Source of the DNA: Octopus sinensis
Taxonomy: Eukaryota
Assembly: GCF_006345805.1 (NCBI RefSeq)
Contig: NC_042998.1
Location: 207,266,001-207,330,000, forward strand
DNA: 64,000 nt
Reading direction: 5' to 3'
The notes below the pieces were generated by a model. That model was not told the origin of the DNA. It saw nothing but the letters and a program-made list of their open reading frames with translations, and searched no databases. This document shows, piece by piece, positions 1-12,310 of the stretch. The position numbers and the translations under genes were made by a program. The stretch's first letter is position 1. Every line of letters begins with the position of its first letter.

Positions 1-295
1 GGGCCGACCAATACCTTGTGAGTGGATTTGGTAGACGGAAACTGAAAGAAACCCGTCGTATATATGTATATATATATATATGTATGTGTGTGTTTGTCGC
101 CCTAGCATTGCTTGACAACCAATGCTGGTGTGTTTATGTCCCCGTTACTTAGCGGTTCGGCAAAAAGAGACCGATAGAATAAGTACTGGGCTTACAAAAA
201 GAATAAGTCCCGGGGTCGAGTTGCTCGACTAAAGGCGGTGCTCAGCATGGCCGCAGTCAAATGACTGAAACAAGTAAAAGAGTAAAAGAGAGAGA
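1..295 (+). mobile_element. SINE family A, 3' part (cut by window edge)
   Basis: GTGAGTGGATTTGGTAGACGGAAACTGAAAGAA, internal (TA/TG)n, then CTTGACAACC..GGTGTGTTTATGTCCCC..AGCATGGCCGCAGTCAAATGACTGAAACAAGTAAAAGAG; the same body recurs more than 10 times in the window. Confidence 0.85.
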
Positions 296-1045
296 GAGAT
301 ATGACAGGCTTCTTTCAGTTTCCGTCTACCGAATCCACTTGAGCCTATAGCAGAAAGGATTATTATTGTCATTATTCCAGGAAATTATTTTGACAAACGT
401 CAGACATTGAATTTTCATCCATTTCTTTATTTTGAAATTCTTTAATTTCACAGTTCAATCAATCTTTAGTCCACAATATCATCTGGTAAATAATAATAAT
501 GATAATGTCTACAGAAACATCTGGTCTCATAAAATTCTACATAATCTCCTCATTGCTGCACAAATTGTTTCTCTGGATTCATTTTGTAAATCACTTTGTG
601 CCGTGTTTCGTACAAAATTAGAGACTTTGCTTCAAAACCAAATCCCGCCTGAAATATATAAAAACATGGTCAGACGGCAGAGAGCTGAATATTTAGTAAT
701 GCAATCTTTTAAGTCTGAGTGGAAATAATATTCAGAGTAATGATAAGTGATGAGAAATTCGAGAAATAAGAAGAATAACTGCCGTCTCATGGATGAGTGG
801 GTCTGCCGTATTTACTAAGTGGTGTGTGAGTAAATAGGGGCCAAAACCTCCCTTGGGTTTAATTTGATGGAGTGTGAAGTGAGGTGTGTCGCACTTCATA
901 TTTTGCTAATTAATATACAAGCAGGAGAAGGAAAGTCTCTGCTTGGAAATTACTTTCATTTCTAATTTATCAATATATTTTTTTGTCTTTGGTTTGGTTG
1001 TAGCCATGATCGGTCAGTTTCTCTGTATGTTAAATAGACAGAGAT

Positions 1046-1310
1046 GTGACTGGTAAGAAGCTTGCTTATCAATCAACCACATGGTTCTGGGTTCAGTCCC
1101 ACTGCGTGGCACCTTGGGCAAGTGTCTTATACTATAGGCTTGGGCCTACCAAAGCCTTGGGCTTGGATTTGGTTGCTGGAAACTGAAAGAAGCTCATTGT
1201 GTGTATATATATAATATACATATGTATGTGTATGTTTGTCTCTGTGTGTGTGTTTGTCTGTGTATATATGTGTGTGAGCATGTTTGTGTATCAGTGTGTG
1301 TATGTGTGTT

Positions 1311-1346
<36 letters not shown>

Positions 1347-1977
1347 GAGGTGCAATGGCCCAGTGGTTAGGGCAGCAGACTCAAGGTTGTGAGATCATGG
1401 TTTCGATTCCCAGCCTGGGCATTGGTGAGTGTTTATAGAACGAAAACACCTAAAGCTCCACGAGGCTCTGACAGGGGTTGGTGGTGAACCCTACTGTATT
1501 CTTCCACCACAACTTTCTCTCACTCTTTTTTCCTGTTTCTGTTGTACCTGTATTTCAAAGGGGCCAACCATGTCACACTCTGTGCCACGCTGAATCTCCC
1601 CCGAGAACTACGTTAAGGGTACACGTATCTGTGGAGTGCTCAGCCACTTCCATGTTAAATTCATGAACAGGTTGTTCTGTTGATCGGATCAACTGGAACC
1701 CTCATCGTCATAACCGACGGAGTGCCACAATATTTGTGTTTGTATGTCTGTGTGTATCTGTTTGTGTGTGTATAGGAGTGTGTGTGTTTATTTGTTCCCC
1801 ACAAGTTTTTATGCCCCCTCGACTTAGCTGTTCAGCAACCAATGTTTTACGACCCCTTGACTTAGCTGTTCAGCAAAGGAACTGATAGAATAAGTACCGG
1901 TCTTGAAAAATAAAAAAAAAGTACCAGGGTTGATTCGTTTAACTAAAATTCTTCAAGGCACCCTGACACCTCATCAC
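1046..1977 (+). mobile_element. SINE family A split by a SINE B insertion in its internal microsatellite
   Basis: Head GGTAAGAAGCTTGC..GGTTCTGGGTTCAGTCCCACTGCGTGGCACCTTGGGCAAGTGTCTT at about 1050-1200; tail half resumes after 1730. Confidence 0.75.
1345..1730 (+). mobile_element. SINE family B (tRNA-Arg-like head)
   Basis: GGAGGTGCAATGGCCCAGTGGTTAGGGCAGC A-box and GGTTTCGATTCCC B-box; about 385-bp body ending AACCGACGGAGTGCCAC; matches 6975-7350. Confidence 0.85.
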
Positions 1978-2079
1978 CATTGTCATTGTTTGCTTTTCAA
2001 CTACTCCTACCCACCCTTATATGATGTGGGGTAGTCATGCACCTCCCCTATAACATGACACTTGTGCCTGCCAGCCAGC

Positions 2080-2118
<39 letters not shown>

Positions 2119-2536
2119 TTTAGCCTCTCAATGCCTGGCTTAAAAACCATCTCCATCTCTCTCCTACAACTCCAATCAGTTGAGGAGACTTTTCCTTTGA
2201 CTTGCCAGTCACTTGGTCACCTCAATTGTGTTGGTGCCATAAAAAAGAAGCTTCTAGTTTGTACAGTGAAGTGCTTGGTGTTAGGAAGGACATTAAACTG
2301 TGGAAGAAACAAGGTGCAGACTCACATTGGAGCTTGATGGGGGTCTTTTAGCTCTTGGATCCTTTCAGCCCATCCTTCCTACACTAGCATGGAAGGCAAG
2401 TGATGATGATGATGATGGTTAAATTTGTTTCCCAGCCATGTGGTTTTGAGTTCAGCCCCACTACATGGCACTTTGGTAAGTGTTTCTTTGCTATAGTCCC
2501 AGGTCTACCAAAGCATCGTGAGTGGATTTGGTCCAT

Positions 2537-2853
2537 GTTGTTTGTTGTTTGTTCCTTCTCGAGCCATGCTTGGCTCATAAGGGCTGGTTTCCCGGTTTCC
2601 TTGGCATGGCGTATAGGTTCCTCACCTGGACGGGACACCGGTCCGTCACAGGTGAGCTGCAAGATGCAGGAGGAAAGAGTGAGAGAAAGTTGTGGCGAAA
2701 GAGTCAGCAGAAGTTCGCCATTACCTTCTGCCGGAGCCGCATGGAGCTTAGGTGTTTCGCTCATAAACACACACATCGCCCGGTCTGAGATTCGAACCCA
2801 CAGTCCCTCAACCACGAGTCTGCTGCTCTAACCACTAGGCCATGTGCCTGTCC
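2537..2853 (-). mobile_element. SINE family D (head related to family B) inserted in a SINE A head, 7-bp TSD
   Basis: Minus strand GGCACATGGCCTAGTGGTTAGAGCAGC..GGGTTCGAATCTCAGACC..GAAGGAACAAACAAC; GTCCATG on both sides (2531-2537, 2850-2856); highly similar copy at 44038-44342. Confidence 0.85.
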
Positions 2854-3156
2854 ATGGAAACTGAAAGAAGATGATTATCATCATCGTTTAAGCAGACACA
2901 GGAGTGAAACCTCTTTGTCAGTCAAGCAAACTGAGGTAGATACAGTTATAGGTTTTAACCCAATGGTTCCTCAGTGATTTGAACCGATGACCATGTGGTC
3001 AATAGTCCAATCTTTGTGTGTGTGTGTGTGTGCATCTATATGTGTTTGTCTACTATTGAAGATAAAATGATTTAAAAGTTTTCCAGAATTCCAAACAAAT
3101 AAGTTAAACTGTTTAATGACATAATTGTATTCTTCGTTTGTTTTGCGTCTTGATAG

Positions 3157-3200
3157 ATTTTACTTTGCCTGAAGGTCAACCCAGTGTTGAGATAACGTGG
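3157..3200 (+). CDS. Candidate coding exon of an unidentified host gene, (D)FTLPEGQPSVEITW
   Basis: Pyrimidine tract and TAG acceptor; donors GTGGGT (3197) or GTGAGA (3201); only one frame open; non-repetitive sequence. Confidence 0.35.
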
Positions 3201-3584
3201 GTGAGAAAAAAGTTCAAGCCTGAGATTTTGTTGTGTAATTACAGCGTCTCGTTTTAGTTAAAAAAAAAAAATACAAAACAAAAGAAAAAACAACGAAATG
3301 AAATGCAATTAAATTTGCAATTATTGAAACAAATCCGTAAAACTTGGAGATAATTTTATGATAACGAGCAGAGAAATATCTTCTCGTTGTATTGTTTATT
3401 AATCTGAGTCACTTTAATAAAGCGGCAAGCTGGCAGAACCATTAGCACGCTGGACAAAATGCTTTGGGGCATTTCTTGTCTTTACATTCTGAGTTCAAAT
3501 TCTACCAACGTTCACTTCACCTTTCATCTATACATTTACAGTTACATATCTGTCGGTGTGTCTGTCTCTGTGTAGGTGTTTATA

Positions 3585-3900
3585 TAGCGGCTATCTGGCC
3601 TCTGTGCCGGTGGCACATAAAAGACACCATTCGAGCGTGATCGTTACCAGCATCGCCTTACTGGCACCTGTGCCGGTGGCATGTGTAAAAAGATTCAAGC
3701 GAGGTCATTGCCAGTACCATCTGACTGGCCCCTGTGCCGGTGGCACGTAAAAGCATCCACTACACTCTCGGAGTGGTTGGTGTTAGGAAGGGCATCCAGC
3801 TGTAGAAACTCTGCCAGATCAGATTGGAGCCTGGTGCAGCCCTCAGTCAAATCGTCCAACCCATGCTAGCATGGAAAGCAGACGTTAAATGATGATGATG
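3585..3900 (+). mobile_element. SINE family E with RTE-like 3' tail
   Basis: Repeated TGCCGGTGGCAC motifs, GGTTGGTGTTAGGAAGGGCATCCAGCTGTAGAAAC, ending GCATGGAAAGCAGACGTTAAATGATGATGATG; similar copies at 4128-4355, 5955-6165 and 12400-12605. Confidence 0.75.
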
Positions 3901-4409
3901 ACTTGTGTTTAAACTTTTTACTTGTTTCTGGCAGTAGATTGTGGCCATGCTGGGGCAGTCCCTTAAAGAATTTTAGTTGAATGAATCACCCTCTCAAATA
4001 CTTTTTCTTTCTTTTTTTTTAAGCCTTTTACTTATTCTATCGGTCTCTTTTACCAAACCGCTAAGTTAGGGGATGTAAACACGCCAACACTTGTCAAATG
4101 ATATTAGGACACACACACACACACACAGGTGGGCATGCGCGTAAAAAGCCACCTGTGCCAGTGTCACTAAAAAGCATCTGTGCTGGTGCCCTGTGAAAAG
4201 CACCCAGGACTCTCTGTAAAGTGGTTGGCATTAGGAAGGGCGTCCAGCCATGGAAACCAAGCCAAATCATATGACTGGAACCTGGTGCAGCTCCCCAGCT
4301 CTGGTCAAACTGACCAACCCATTCCAGCATGGAAAACAGGCATTAAATGATCATCACACACACACACACACACACACACACATTATTGAAAGGCTTCTTT
4401 CAGTTTCTC

Positions 4410-4860
4410 TTTACACTTTACTCTCTTTTACTCTTTTCAGTCATTTTGACTCTTGCCATGCTGGAGCACCATCTTTAGTCGAGCAAATCGACCCTAGTAC
4501 TTATTCTTTGTAAGCCTAGTACTTATATTATCAGTCTCTTTTGCTGAACCGCTAAGTTATGGGGACGTAAGCACATCAGCATCAGTTGTCAAGTGATGTT
4601 GGGGGACAAACACAGACACACAAACATATACACCCACACATACATACACACACACACACATATATATATAATGTATATATGTGTGTATATATACATATAT
4701 ATGACAGGCTTCTTTCAGTTTCCGCCTACCAAATCCACTCACAAGGCTTTGGTTGGCTCAAGGCTATAGTAGAAGACACTTGCCCAAGGTGCCATGCAGT
4801 GGGACTGAACCTGGAACCATGTGGTTTGTAAGCAAGCTACTTACCACACAGCCCCACTCA
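4410..4860 (-). mobile_element. SINE family A, full length
   Basis: Reverse complement of head, internal microsatellite and tail of family A. Confidence 0.85.
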
Positions 4861-5188
4861 CAAGGCTTTAATTGTCTTTGGGCTGTAGTAGAAGACCATG
4901 ATGTCACACAATGGAACTGAACCCAGAACCACGTGATTGGGTAGATCAATAGATCGATCGTTAGATAGGTAAATTTATAGATGTGGTTAATAATCTAGAA
5001 AACCCAGAATTTGAATTACCATTTTGGCTTCAGACATTTTGTGGTTTCTTTTACATTTTTAAAGAATTCATTTGCTTTCTTTGGCTCCATTTATCTTGTG
5101 GAATAATGATGACTACATGACACTCATAACACTCACACAGGGTGGTGTGGTGGAGGTGATGATGCAGTCTTTCATCTCCATCGTTAAG

Positions 5189-5267
5189 ATTCTTAATTGC
5201 TAACGAGCTTCATCGTTTCACGCTTCATTTTATGCCAGTCTTAGAGCCAGCCATTGTTCCAAGAACT
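5189..5267 (+). CDS. Candidate coding exon, FLIANELHRFTLHFMPVLEPAIVPRT
   Basis: TCTTTCATCTCCATCGTTAAG acceptor and GTAAGG donor; open frame is phase-compatible with the 3157 exon if the 3197 donor is used. Confidence 0.3.
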
Positions 5268-5523
5268 GTAAGGAATTTTGCTTTTGAAATTCTTGTCATT
5301 TCCTGGCAGGCCATTAATCACTGGTGCTAGAATTGGAAGGTTACTGGTCAGGAATATTAAAGGACTCTGTGAATGTGTGTTTGGGTGTGTCTATGAAATT
5401 TCTCTAAAATTACTGGATTTTTGTCTGGTATGAATCTGTTTACATCAGCTAACAATGGATTTTTGATGACTTTCGTCTGTGTGTGTCTGTGCTTGAAGGT
5501 AATTAAATTTTTTTTACATAAAT

Positions 5524-5562
<39 letters not shown>

Positions 5563-5768
5563 TGAAGGTAATTTTATTTTTTACATAAATAAGTGTGTGT
5601 GTGTGTGCTTGAAGGTAATTTAATTTTTTTACATAAATAAGTGTGTGTGTGTGTGTGTAATCATCATCATTTAACATCTGTTTTCCAAGCTGGCATGGAT
5701 TGGATGGTTTAAGTCTTGGCCCCCCTGTTATCCCTTGTGTGAGGCCCAACATCTGAAGATCCAGGTGT

Positions 5769-5809
<41 letters not shown>

Positions 5810-6164
5810 ATGTACCTGTCGTGACTGGTTGGATCACAACCACTCCAAGTTGAAAATGTCGATGTGCAGCAGGAAAGTATCTCTCAACCAGCAAAAAGTC
5901 TCACCTTCCTCAATACTATTCCATCATCTCCCAATTGAGGATTTTTTTGTCTTGCAAGGTACTTGGTGACCCTGTTGATGTTGGTGCCATGTAAAAAGCA
6001 CCCAGTACACTCTGTAAAATGGTTGGCATTAGGAAGGGCACCCAGCTGTAGAAACCATTCTAAAACAGACAATGGAACCTGGTGCTGTGGCTCCTGACCT
6101 TGCCAGCTCTTGTCAGACTGTCCAACCCATGCCAGCATGGAAAACGGATTTATATGCTGGTGAT

Positions 6165-6205
<41 letters not shown>

Positions 6206-6383
6206 CACACACACACACAGATACACAGACATATATGCATGTGACTCTGGTTCTTTCATTCTTTCTTTTCCACTTTCTCTTTCTGATTCTTTCTCTCACT
6301 GTTCTTCTTTCTCTCTCTCCTTTTCTCTGATTCTCTCTCTTTCTTTGTTTCTCTTACTTTCTTTTCTCCCCTTCTCCCCCCAG

Positions 6384-6516
6384 ATCAACGATTTGTCGAG
6401 ATCACTGTTGTCTTCCAAGGATTCCATGGATTCTACGAAGCCAAACAGAAAGATCCCCGAGAATATTATGAATTTGTCCGGGCAAACACCGAACTTCTTT
6501 ATGTCTGCAATTATCG
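6384..6516 (+). CDS. Candidate coding exon (133 nt), probably (D)QRFVEITVVFQGFHGFYEAKQKDPREYYEFVRANTELLYVCNY(R)
   Basis: Very long CT-rich tract ending CCCCCAG and a consensus G/GTAAGT donor; two frames open; protein not recognised. Confidence 0.55.
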
Positions 6517-6974
6517 GTAAGTTAGTGTTGTCTTCTCTGACCCCTGATCCACCTAATCCTTGTCCCACTGAATGTTTTGACCCCCACACAAGACAAGCCC
6601 CTGCACATTTTATGTATACCAAACCCCACTCAACAGATATTAGACAATCCAAAGCTAAAGTAGAAAACACTTGTCTAAGGAGTCCTACTTTGGGATTGAA
6701 CCTGCAGTCACACGGTTGCAAAATGAATGTCTTAATCACAGAGCAATCCTCATCCTTTAATGTCTGCTTTCTATTGACATTTTGTCCATTTTTAGATTCT
6801 GAGTTTAAATGCTGCCAGTCGACTTTGCCTTTCATCCTTTCAGGGTTGATAAAATAAGTACCAGTTGCGTATTGGGGTCAATGTAATTGACTTATCCCCT
6901 CCTTTGAAATTGCTATAGTCTTGTGCCACAATTTGAAACCAAATGCCTGCTCTCTATGCAGCTATACTTTGGAT

Positions 6975-7350
6975 GTGGAGGCACAATGGCCCAGTGGTTA
7001 GGGCAGCAAACTCGCGGTCATAGGATCGCGGTTTCGATTCCCAGACCGAACGTTGTGAGTGTTTATTGAGCGAAAACACCTAAAGCTCCACGAGGCTCTG
7101 GCAGGGATGGTGGTGATCCCTGCTGTACTCTTTCACCACAACTTTCTCTCACTCTTACTTCCTGTTTCTGTTGTACCTGTATTTCAAAGGGCCGGTCTTG
7201 TCACTCTCTGTGTCACGCTGAATATCCCCGAGAACTATGTTAAGGGTGCACGTGTCTGTGGAGTGCTCAGCCACTTACACGTTAATTTCACGAGCAGGCT
7301 GTTCCATTGATTCAGATCAACCGGAACCCTCATCGTCATAACCAACGGCT
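6975..7350 (+). mobile_element. SINE family B
   Basis: Colinear with 1345-1730. Confidence 0.85.
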
Positions 7351-7964
7351 ACCTGATAGGTACGAAGACTGAATCCTACCCCAGCCTTTCCTTTCACATG
7401 GTTTCTATGGCTGGATGCTCTTCTTAATGCTAGCAACTCTACAGTTTCTTCTAGGTGCTTTCCGCTTGGCACCAGCACCAGTGAGGTCACCATGCAGCAG
7501 TGTGCAAGACTATGAACCCCAAGGCAGGTGGGCAGCTTTATGCCAGGAGATGTGGAGGGAGTTAAAATATGACAGTTTGGTTCCGAGCAGAACTGGTTTC
7601 TTGCCTTAGAGAAGTTACGTAGCTAGTCAGAATTTCAAAGAGGAGTGTAGGGGGTGATTGGAATAGAGTGGGGGAAGAGAGAAAAATTGCTGGGATGAGG
7701 GGTGGGTAGAGGTCGCAACTGATGAGTGAGGTGTGTGGGTGGGTAGAGGTTGCAAGAGTGTAGGGGAGAGTGGGGAATGAGTAAGGGAGGTGGACAAATG
7801 AAGAGCAAGTGTGAAGTGGATGATATGTAGGGAAGAGTAGGTGATGACTGCAGAGATTGGATAGAGTTTGGTGTGGCCCCTGGCTTTGCCAGTGCCTGTC
7901 AAGCCTTAACAATAGCATGGGAACTGGATGTTAAATGAGGAGGATATGTGTGTGTGTGTTTGTC

Positions 7965-8166
7965 TTTTACTTGTTTCAGTCATTAGACTGTGGCCATACT
8001 GGAACACCACCTTGAATGTTTCTTTTATTATTGAATGGATCAACGCCACTACTTATTTTATTGGTCTCCTTTACTGAACTGTTAAGTTATAGCAAGGTAC
8101 ACGCACCAGTACCAATTGTCAAATGGTGGTGGGGGACAAACACGCAAAAGTGCACATATGTGCATG

Positions 8167-8197
<31 letters not shown>

Positions 8198-8370
8198 ACA
8201 CAAAGTGCATGCTTGCATGACAAGCTTCTTACAGTTTCCATCCAGTTCCACTCACAAGGCTTTGGTTAGCCCAGGGCTATAGCAGAAGACACTTGCCCCA
8301 GGTACCAGGCATTGGGATTGAACCTGGATCCATGCGGTTGGGTAGCAAATATCTTACCACAGAGCCATGT
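7965..8370 (-). mobile_element. SINE family A (diverged)
   Basis: Reverse-complement tail, (CA)n and head motifs. Confidence 0.7.
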
Positions 8371-8641
8371 GTGTGTGTGTGTGTGAAGTGGATGACAAAT
8401 GGGGGAGATAGGGAAGAGTGGGTGACAACTGTAAAGATGGGTGGTTGTAGGGAATGTGATAAGGGGTGACCAGTGATGATGGTGGAGAGAGGGAATGAAG
8501 AGTAGCAGAATAGTAATGCTGAGAGAGTAGACAGGAGAGAGACTTTAGTTTTTTTAACTCTGTGTATGTACACTTGCGCATATATTTCTTAATTATAAGA
8601 AATGATGAAATGAATTCAGTTTGTGTTTTGCCATTTTCTAG

Positions 8642-8735
8642 ATTCATCCGAGATTTTACCAAAGGAGTTTCCAGTAGTGATTGGATAATTAATAAGCTGA
8701 ATCATTTCATACCAAATGAACTCACCTTGAAATAA
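8642..8735 (+). CDS. Candidate terminal coding exon, FIRDFTKGVSSSDWIINKLNHFIPNELTLK*
   Basis: CCATTTTCTAG acceptor; phase-compatible with the aromatic-rich frame of the 6384 exon. Confidence 0.3.
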
Positions 8736-9039
8736 TTACAGGTAATTATGACAATTAATAATTGTTTACAAACGTACACGCCAGACAAGTTTTGGCTGCA
8801 CAACAAGAAAGACGATGATCTTTTTTTTTCGTTTTGTTATTGTGGTTGTTGTTGATGGTGATGTTTAACCCCGGGCAAACCTGAACTGAGCAGACTTGAG
8901 ATCAAAGAGGTTGTTATTTAAAGGAGTTGTTTTTGTTATATTGAGTTTTTTAAAATTTTATTTTCTTGTTTTACATTTATTTCTTTGTTAGATTTAATTA
9001 TAAAGAAATTTTAGATTCTCCTCAGTTTTTGAAACATCT

Positions 9040-9560
9040 GTTTTGTGTGTACGTGCATGCGTGAAGGTGCATGAATGTGTGTGTGTGTGCCTGCATGTGT
9101 GTGTGTGTGCCTGCATGTGTGCACATGTGCATGTAGTTGTGTAGGGCTTGTGTGTGTATACATGCAATTGTATATGGTTTTGTGTGTGTGTGTGTGTACA
9201 TAAATGGGTTCTGTGCCTGAATGTGTGTGTGCATGAATGCAGTTGTGTACATGTGCATGAATGCAACTGTGTGTATATGCATAGATGCAGTTTTGTGTGC
9301 ATATGCACACTTATATGTGCATATGATTGTGCATATGTGCAGTGGTGTGCACATGTATGCACTTGTATGTGTGCATATATGTGGTTGTGTATAGGCTTGT
9401 GTGTGCGTATGCTCATGCATGTAATTGTGTGTGCAAGTGTATTTGCATGTATGCTCATTTCTCTCTCCATGCACACATCGCCATGAATGTGCATGTGTGT
9501 ATGGAGCATTTGCATATATCTCTGTGTGCATACCTTTGTGTGCATGTGTCCTATGTGACC
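9040..9560. repeat. Degenerate TG/TGCA-rich low-complexity tract
   Basis: Visible GTGT/ATGC repeats; source of the H/T/C-rich pseudo-ORFs. Confidence 0.85.
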
Positions 9561-9924
9561 AGAAGTATCCGGACATGCAGCAAAATGTGTGTTTATCATA
9601 GAAGGTGACACAATAGATCAGAGGGCACCTCAGTACTACCATTTACCATGTGGAACACTTCTTCAGTGATCTCAGTAGCCATCAGACAGCGCTAGGTAGC
9701 AGAGTGGGATGATCTGCAAAACTAATGGACTTTCAAGGTGGTCAGGTGTCACTGGTCCAAACCTGTGCACGTGATTTCCATCCAGCCCCAAAATCTGTGC
9801 CAAACAGACATTGGAGCCTGATAACATCCTTGCACACATCAGATCCTTATCAAACTGTCCAACTCATTCCAGGTGGAACATGGTTGTTAAATACTCCTTT
9901 CTATTATAGACACAAGGATTGAAA

Positions 9925-10345
9925 TTTTAGGGGAGGGGGCTGGTTGATTAGATCGATTCCAGCATGCAACTGGTACTTAATTTATCAAGGCGTCGAGCTG
10001 GCAGAAACGTTAGCATGCCGGGCGAAATACTTAGCAGTATTTCGTCTGCGTTACGTTGTGAGTTCAAATTCCGCCAAGGTCGACTTTGCCTTTCATCCTT
10101 TCGGGGTCGATAAATTAAGTACCAGTTACACACTGGGGTCGATGTAATCGACTTAATACCTATGTCTGTCCTTGTTTGTCTTCTCTGTGTTTAGCCCCTT
10201 GTCGGTAGTAAAGAAATAGGTACTTAATTTATCGATCCCGAAAGCATGAAAGGCAAAGTCGATGTCAGCAGAATTTGAACTCAGAATGTAGCGGCAGACA
10301 AAATACCTCTAAGTGTTCCGCCTGGTGTGCTAACGATTCTGCCAG
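9925..10345. mobile_element. SINE family C (+, 9987-10218) nested in a minus-strand family C variant, 15-bp TSD
   Basis: GGTACTTAATTTATC at 9972-9986 and 10219-10233; family C head GGCGNCGAGCTGGCAGAAACGTTAGC and central GCCTTTCATCCTTTCGGGGTCGATAAATTAAGTACCAG. Confidence 0.85.
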
Positions 10346-11884
10346 CTCACTGCTTTGTTGTTAAATAACGTTGAGGTGGGTATGTTGCCCCCATTATCCC
10401 CTCTTTGCCCTCCTCCACATTGTTCATGATAGCATGGGTTGTCTGTATAGCATATTGTCAATTTCCCCATCCTTGGCTCTTCATCATCATGATTTAGTGA
10501 GTTTCCCCATGTCTTCTATAGCCTTTCCTCTCTTACTGGCCCCTGTCCCAGACAGCACACATCCACCCCTTGTACATATACAGACTGATCGTGATCTTTT
10601 AGTGTCCTACAACTGTCCCTTAAATCAATTGTATTCCACATTCTTATGTTTTCTCACTCCTTTATTTCCATTCAGTGTACCCGTATGATTTTTACCAACA
10701 TCCCAGGTGGAACTAGAAATGAATGCATCTTCAGACATTATTGTTCCTGGATAGCAGAGGAACACCAATTCTTCTAAAGCTTTATCTTTTATTTTATTTT
10801 CTTCTGTTGAAACTAAATAAACTACAATATTGAATTTGTTACCCTTTTTTTAATTTGTCGTAATTGGGGATCTGTATTTCATGTTTCTTTGGGTTGGTTG
10901 TGGATTGAGCTTCCAAGAGATCAAAAAATGGCCAATTGAAGGGCCTCCGTGTTGGATACTCTTGGATATGCAGAAAACCAAATGCCAACGAATTTTTCTT
11001 CACTGATGACTGCTTTGCTAATGGAATGGTTTGTTTATCTGTTGATTTGTGACTTAGTTTGTGGCCATTTTGTGAGGTGTGCTTCACGTTTGATACGCCT
11101 TGATCTTGAACGTCTTGAAATAGATCTGTCTGTCTGTCTGTCTCCTCTCTCTCTCTTTCTCTCTCTCTCTCTCACACACACATTCATTATGATAAACAAA
11201 TGTCTTGAATGGCACAACAATGCAGGGTGGTCTAGAATAACTGCTATAATTTAATTATCCATAGTCTGGTATAATAATATTTTGGAATATAAAAATTCCT
11301 TCTTCAGGTATCGCTAGGAATTGATCGATTCACTGCTGTAAACCGATTATAGCAGTGACTATGAATAATTAAATTACAGCAGTTATTATGGTCCACTCTG
11401 CATTGGTGTGCCATTCAAGACACACATTCCACGAACAACACACAATGCTTCCAGCGAACTACAATACTCTCCTACGACAAACTTAAGTTTGTCATTTGTT
11501 CCCTACACACGTTTCACTCTTGTGGTTGTTAGCAATCTCTGCATTGGAGATTTCAAATGTAATTAGATGCTGAACAAACAGGTCACCAGGGGAACACTTT
11601 GTGGTGTTATATTACACGAATCAAATATTTGAAGTTGGATGGTGGACATGGCTTTTCCTAAGTGTGTTGAGAAGGAAAAAAATAGAGAGCAAGGGGGAGA
11701 GAGAGAGATAAAGAAAAAAAGGGGTGTGAAAAAGAGAGAGAGAACGAAGAGGGTGGAAGTGAGTGAGTTGACAAAGAAAAGAAAGCAGCATTGGACACGG
11801 TTATAGTTAGATGTACTTAAGTTTGACTCAGACCACATAGGTTCGTTGGGTGCATGGGAAATGTCAGAAGTTTGGAGATAGAGA

Positions 11885-12310
11885 AGAGACTGAAAGAAAT
11901 TCAAAGTGGCTCGAAAGATTGAACGTTATGTAAACCTCCTTGGGGAATGTGAAGACGCAGGCTGGAAAGTGGAGCATTTTCCTATCGAAGTCGGATGTAG
12001 AGGGTTTGTTGGACAGTGCGAGGCCTAACCCATCGTAAAGTAAATAGTGGAAAATTCTAGCCACTGGATTTGGTTAAAAAAAGACGATGAGCAATGGCTA
12101 GAAGAATATTAAACTTTATTTGATTACCAGTTGATTTAGCAAGCGGAGTCTCATCAGTGCGGGTGCAGGGACGGTGCGCAATGATGCCGTCGAAAGGTAG
12201 GCCCCGAAACGGTGCGCATTCTCCCCTGATGACCCCCATACACTTGCTGGCTTCCGGTATGCGGAACTTTTGACTGGTAGTTCTTGCATTTGCAAGTTGT
12301 TTGCAAAGCG
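11885..12310 (+). mobile_element. 3' fragment of an RLE-type (HERO-like) non-LTR retrotransposon
   Basis: Encodes KIERYVNLL..ECEDAGWKVEHFPIEVGCRGF, a restriction-like endonuclease C-terminus, followed by a 3' UTR; second copy at 17170-17470 (-). Confidence 0.65.

Noticed and set aside
432-728. 98-aa ORF as a gene
   Set aside because: It has a non-ATG start in AT-rich sequence and no recognisable motif. A small internal exon (about 455-486) is possible but does not phase with the other candidates.
1345-1420. tRNA genes at SINE heads (also 6975, 14760, 33693, 42478, 57855)
   Set aside because: A and B boxes are present, but the cloverleaf is incomplete and each continues into a repeated SINE body.
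5480-5660. Three copies of GCTTGAAGGTAATT..TTTTACATAAATAAG as a regulatory array
   Set aside because: They are embedded in variable (TG)n and are best explained by local slippage duplication.
6072-6857. 261-aa ORF
   Set aside because: It strings together a SINE tail, (CA)n, a polypyrimidine tract and intron-like sequence; only 6384-6516 looks exonic.
8994-9642. His/Thr/Cys-rich ORFs on both strands
   Set aside because: They are translations of a degenerate TG/CA low-complexity tract.
10700-11100. Additional exons (10708 acceptor; open frames at 10850-11030 on both strands)
   Set aside because: Several frames are open, splice sites are weak or conflicting, and none can be preferred from sequence alone.
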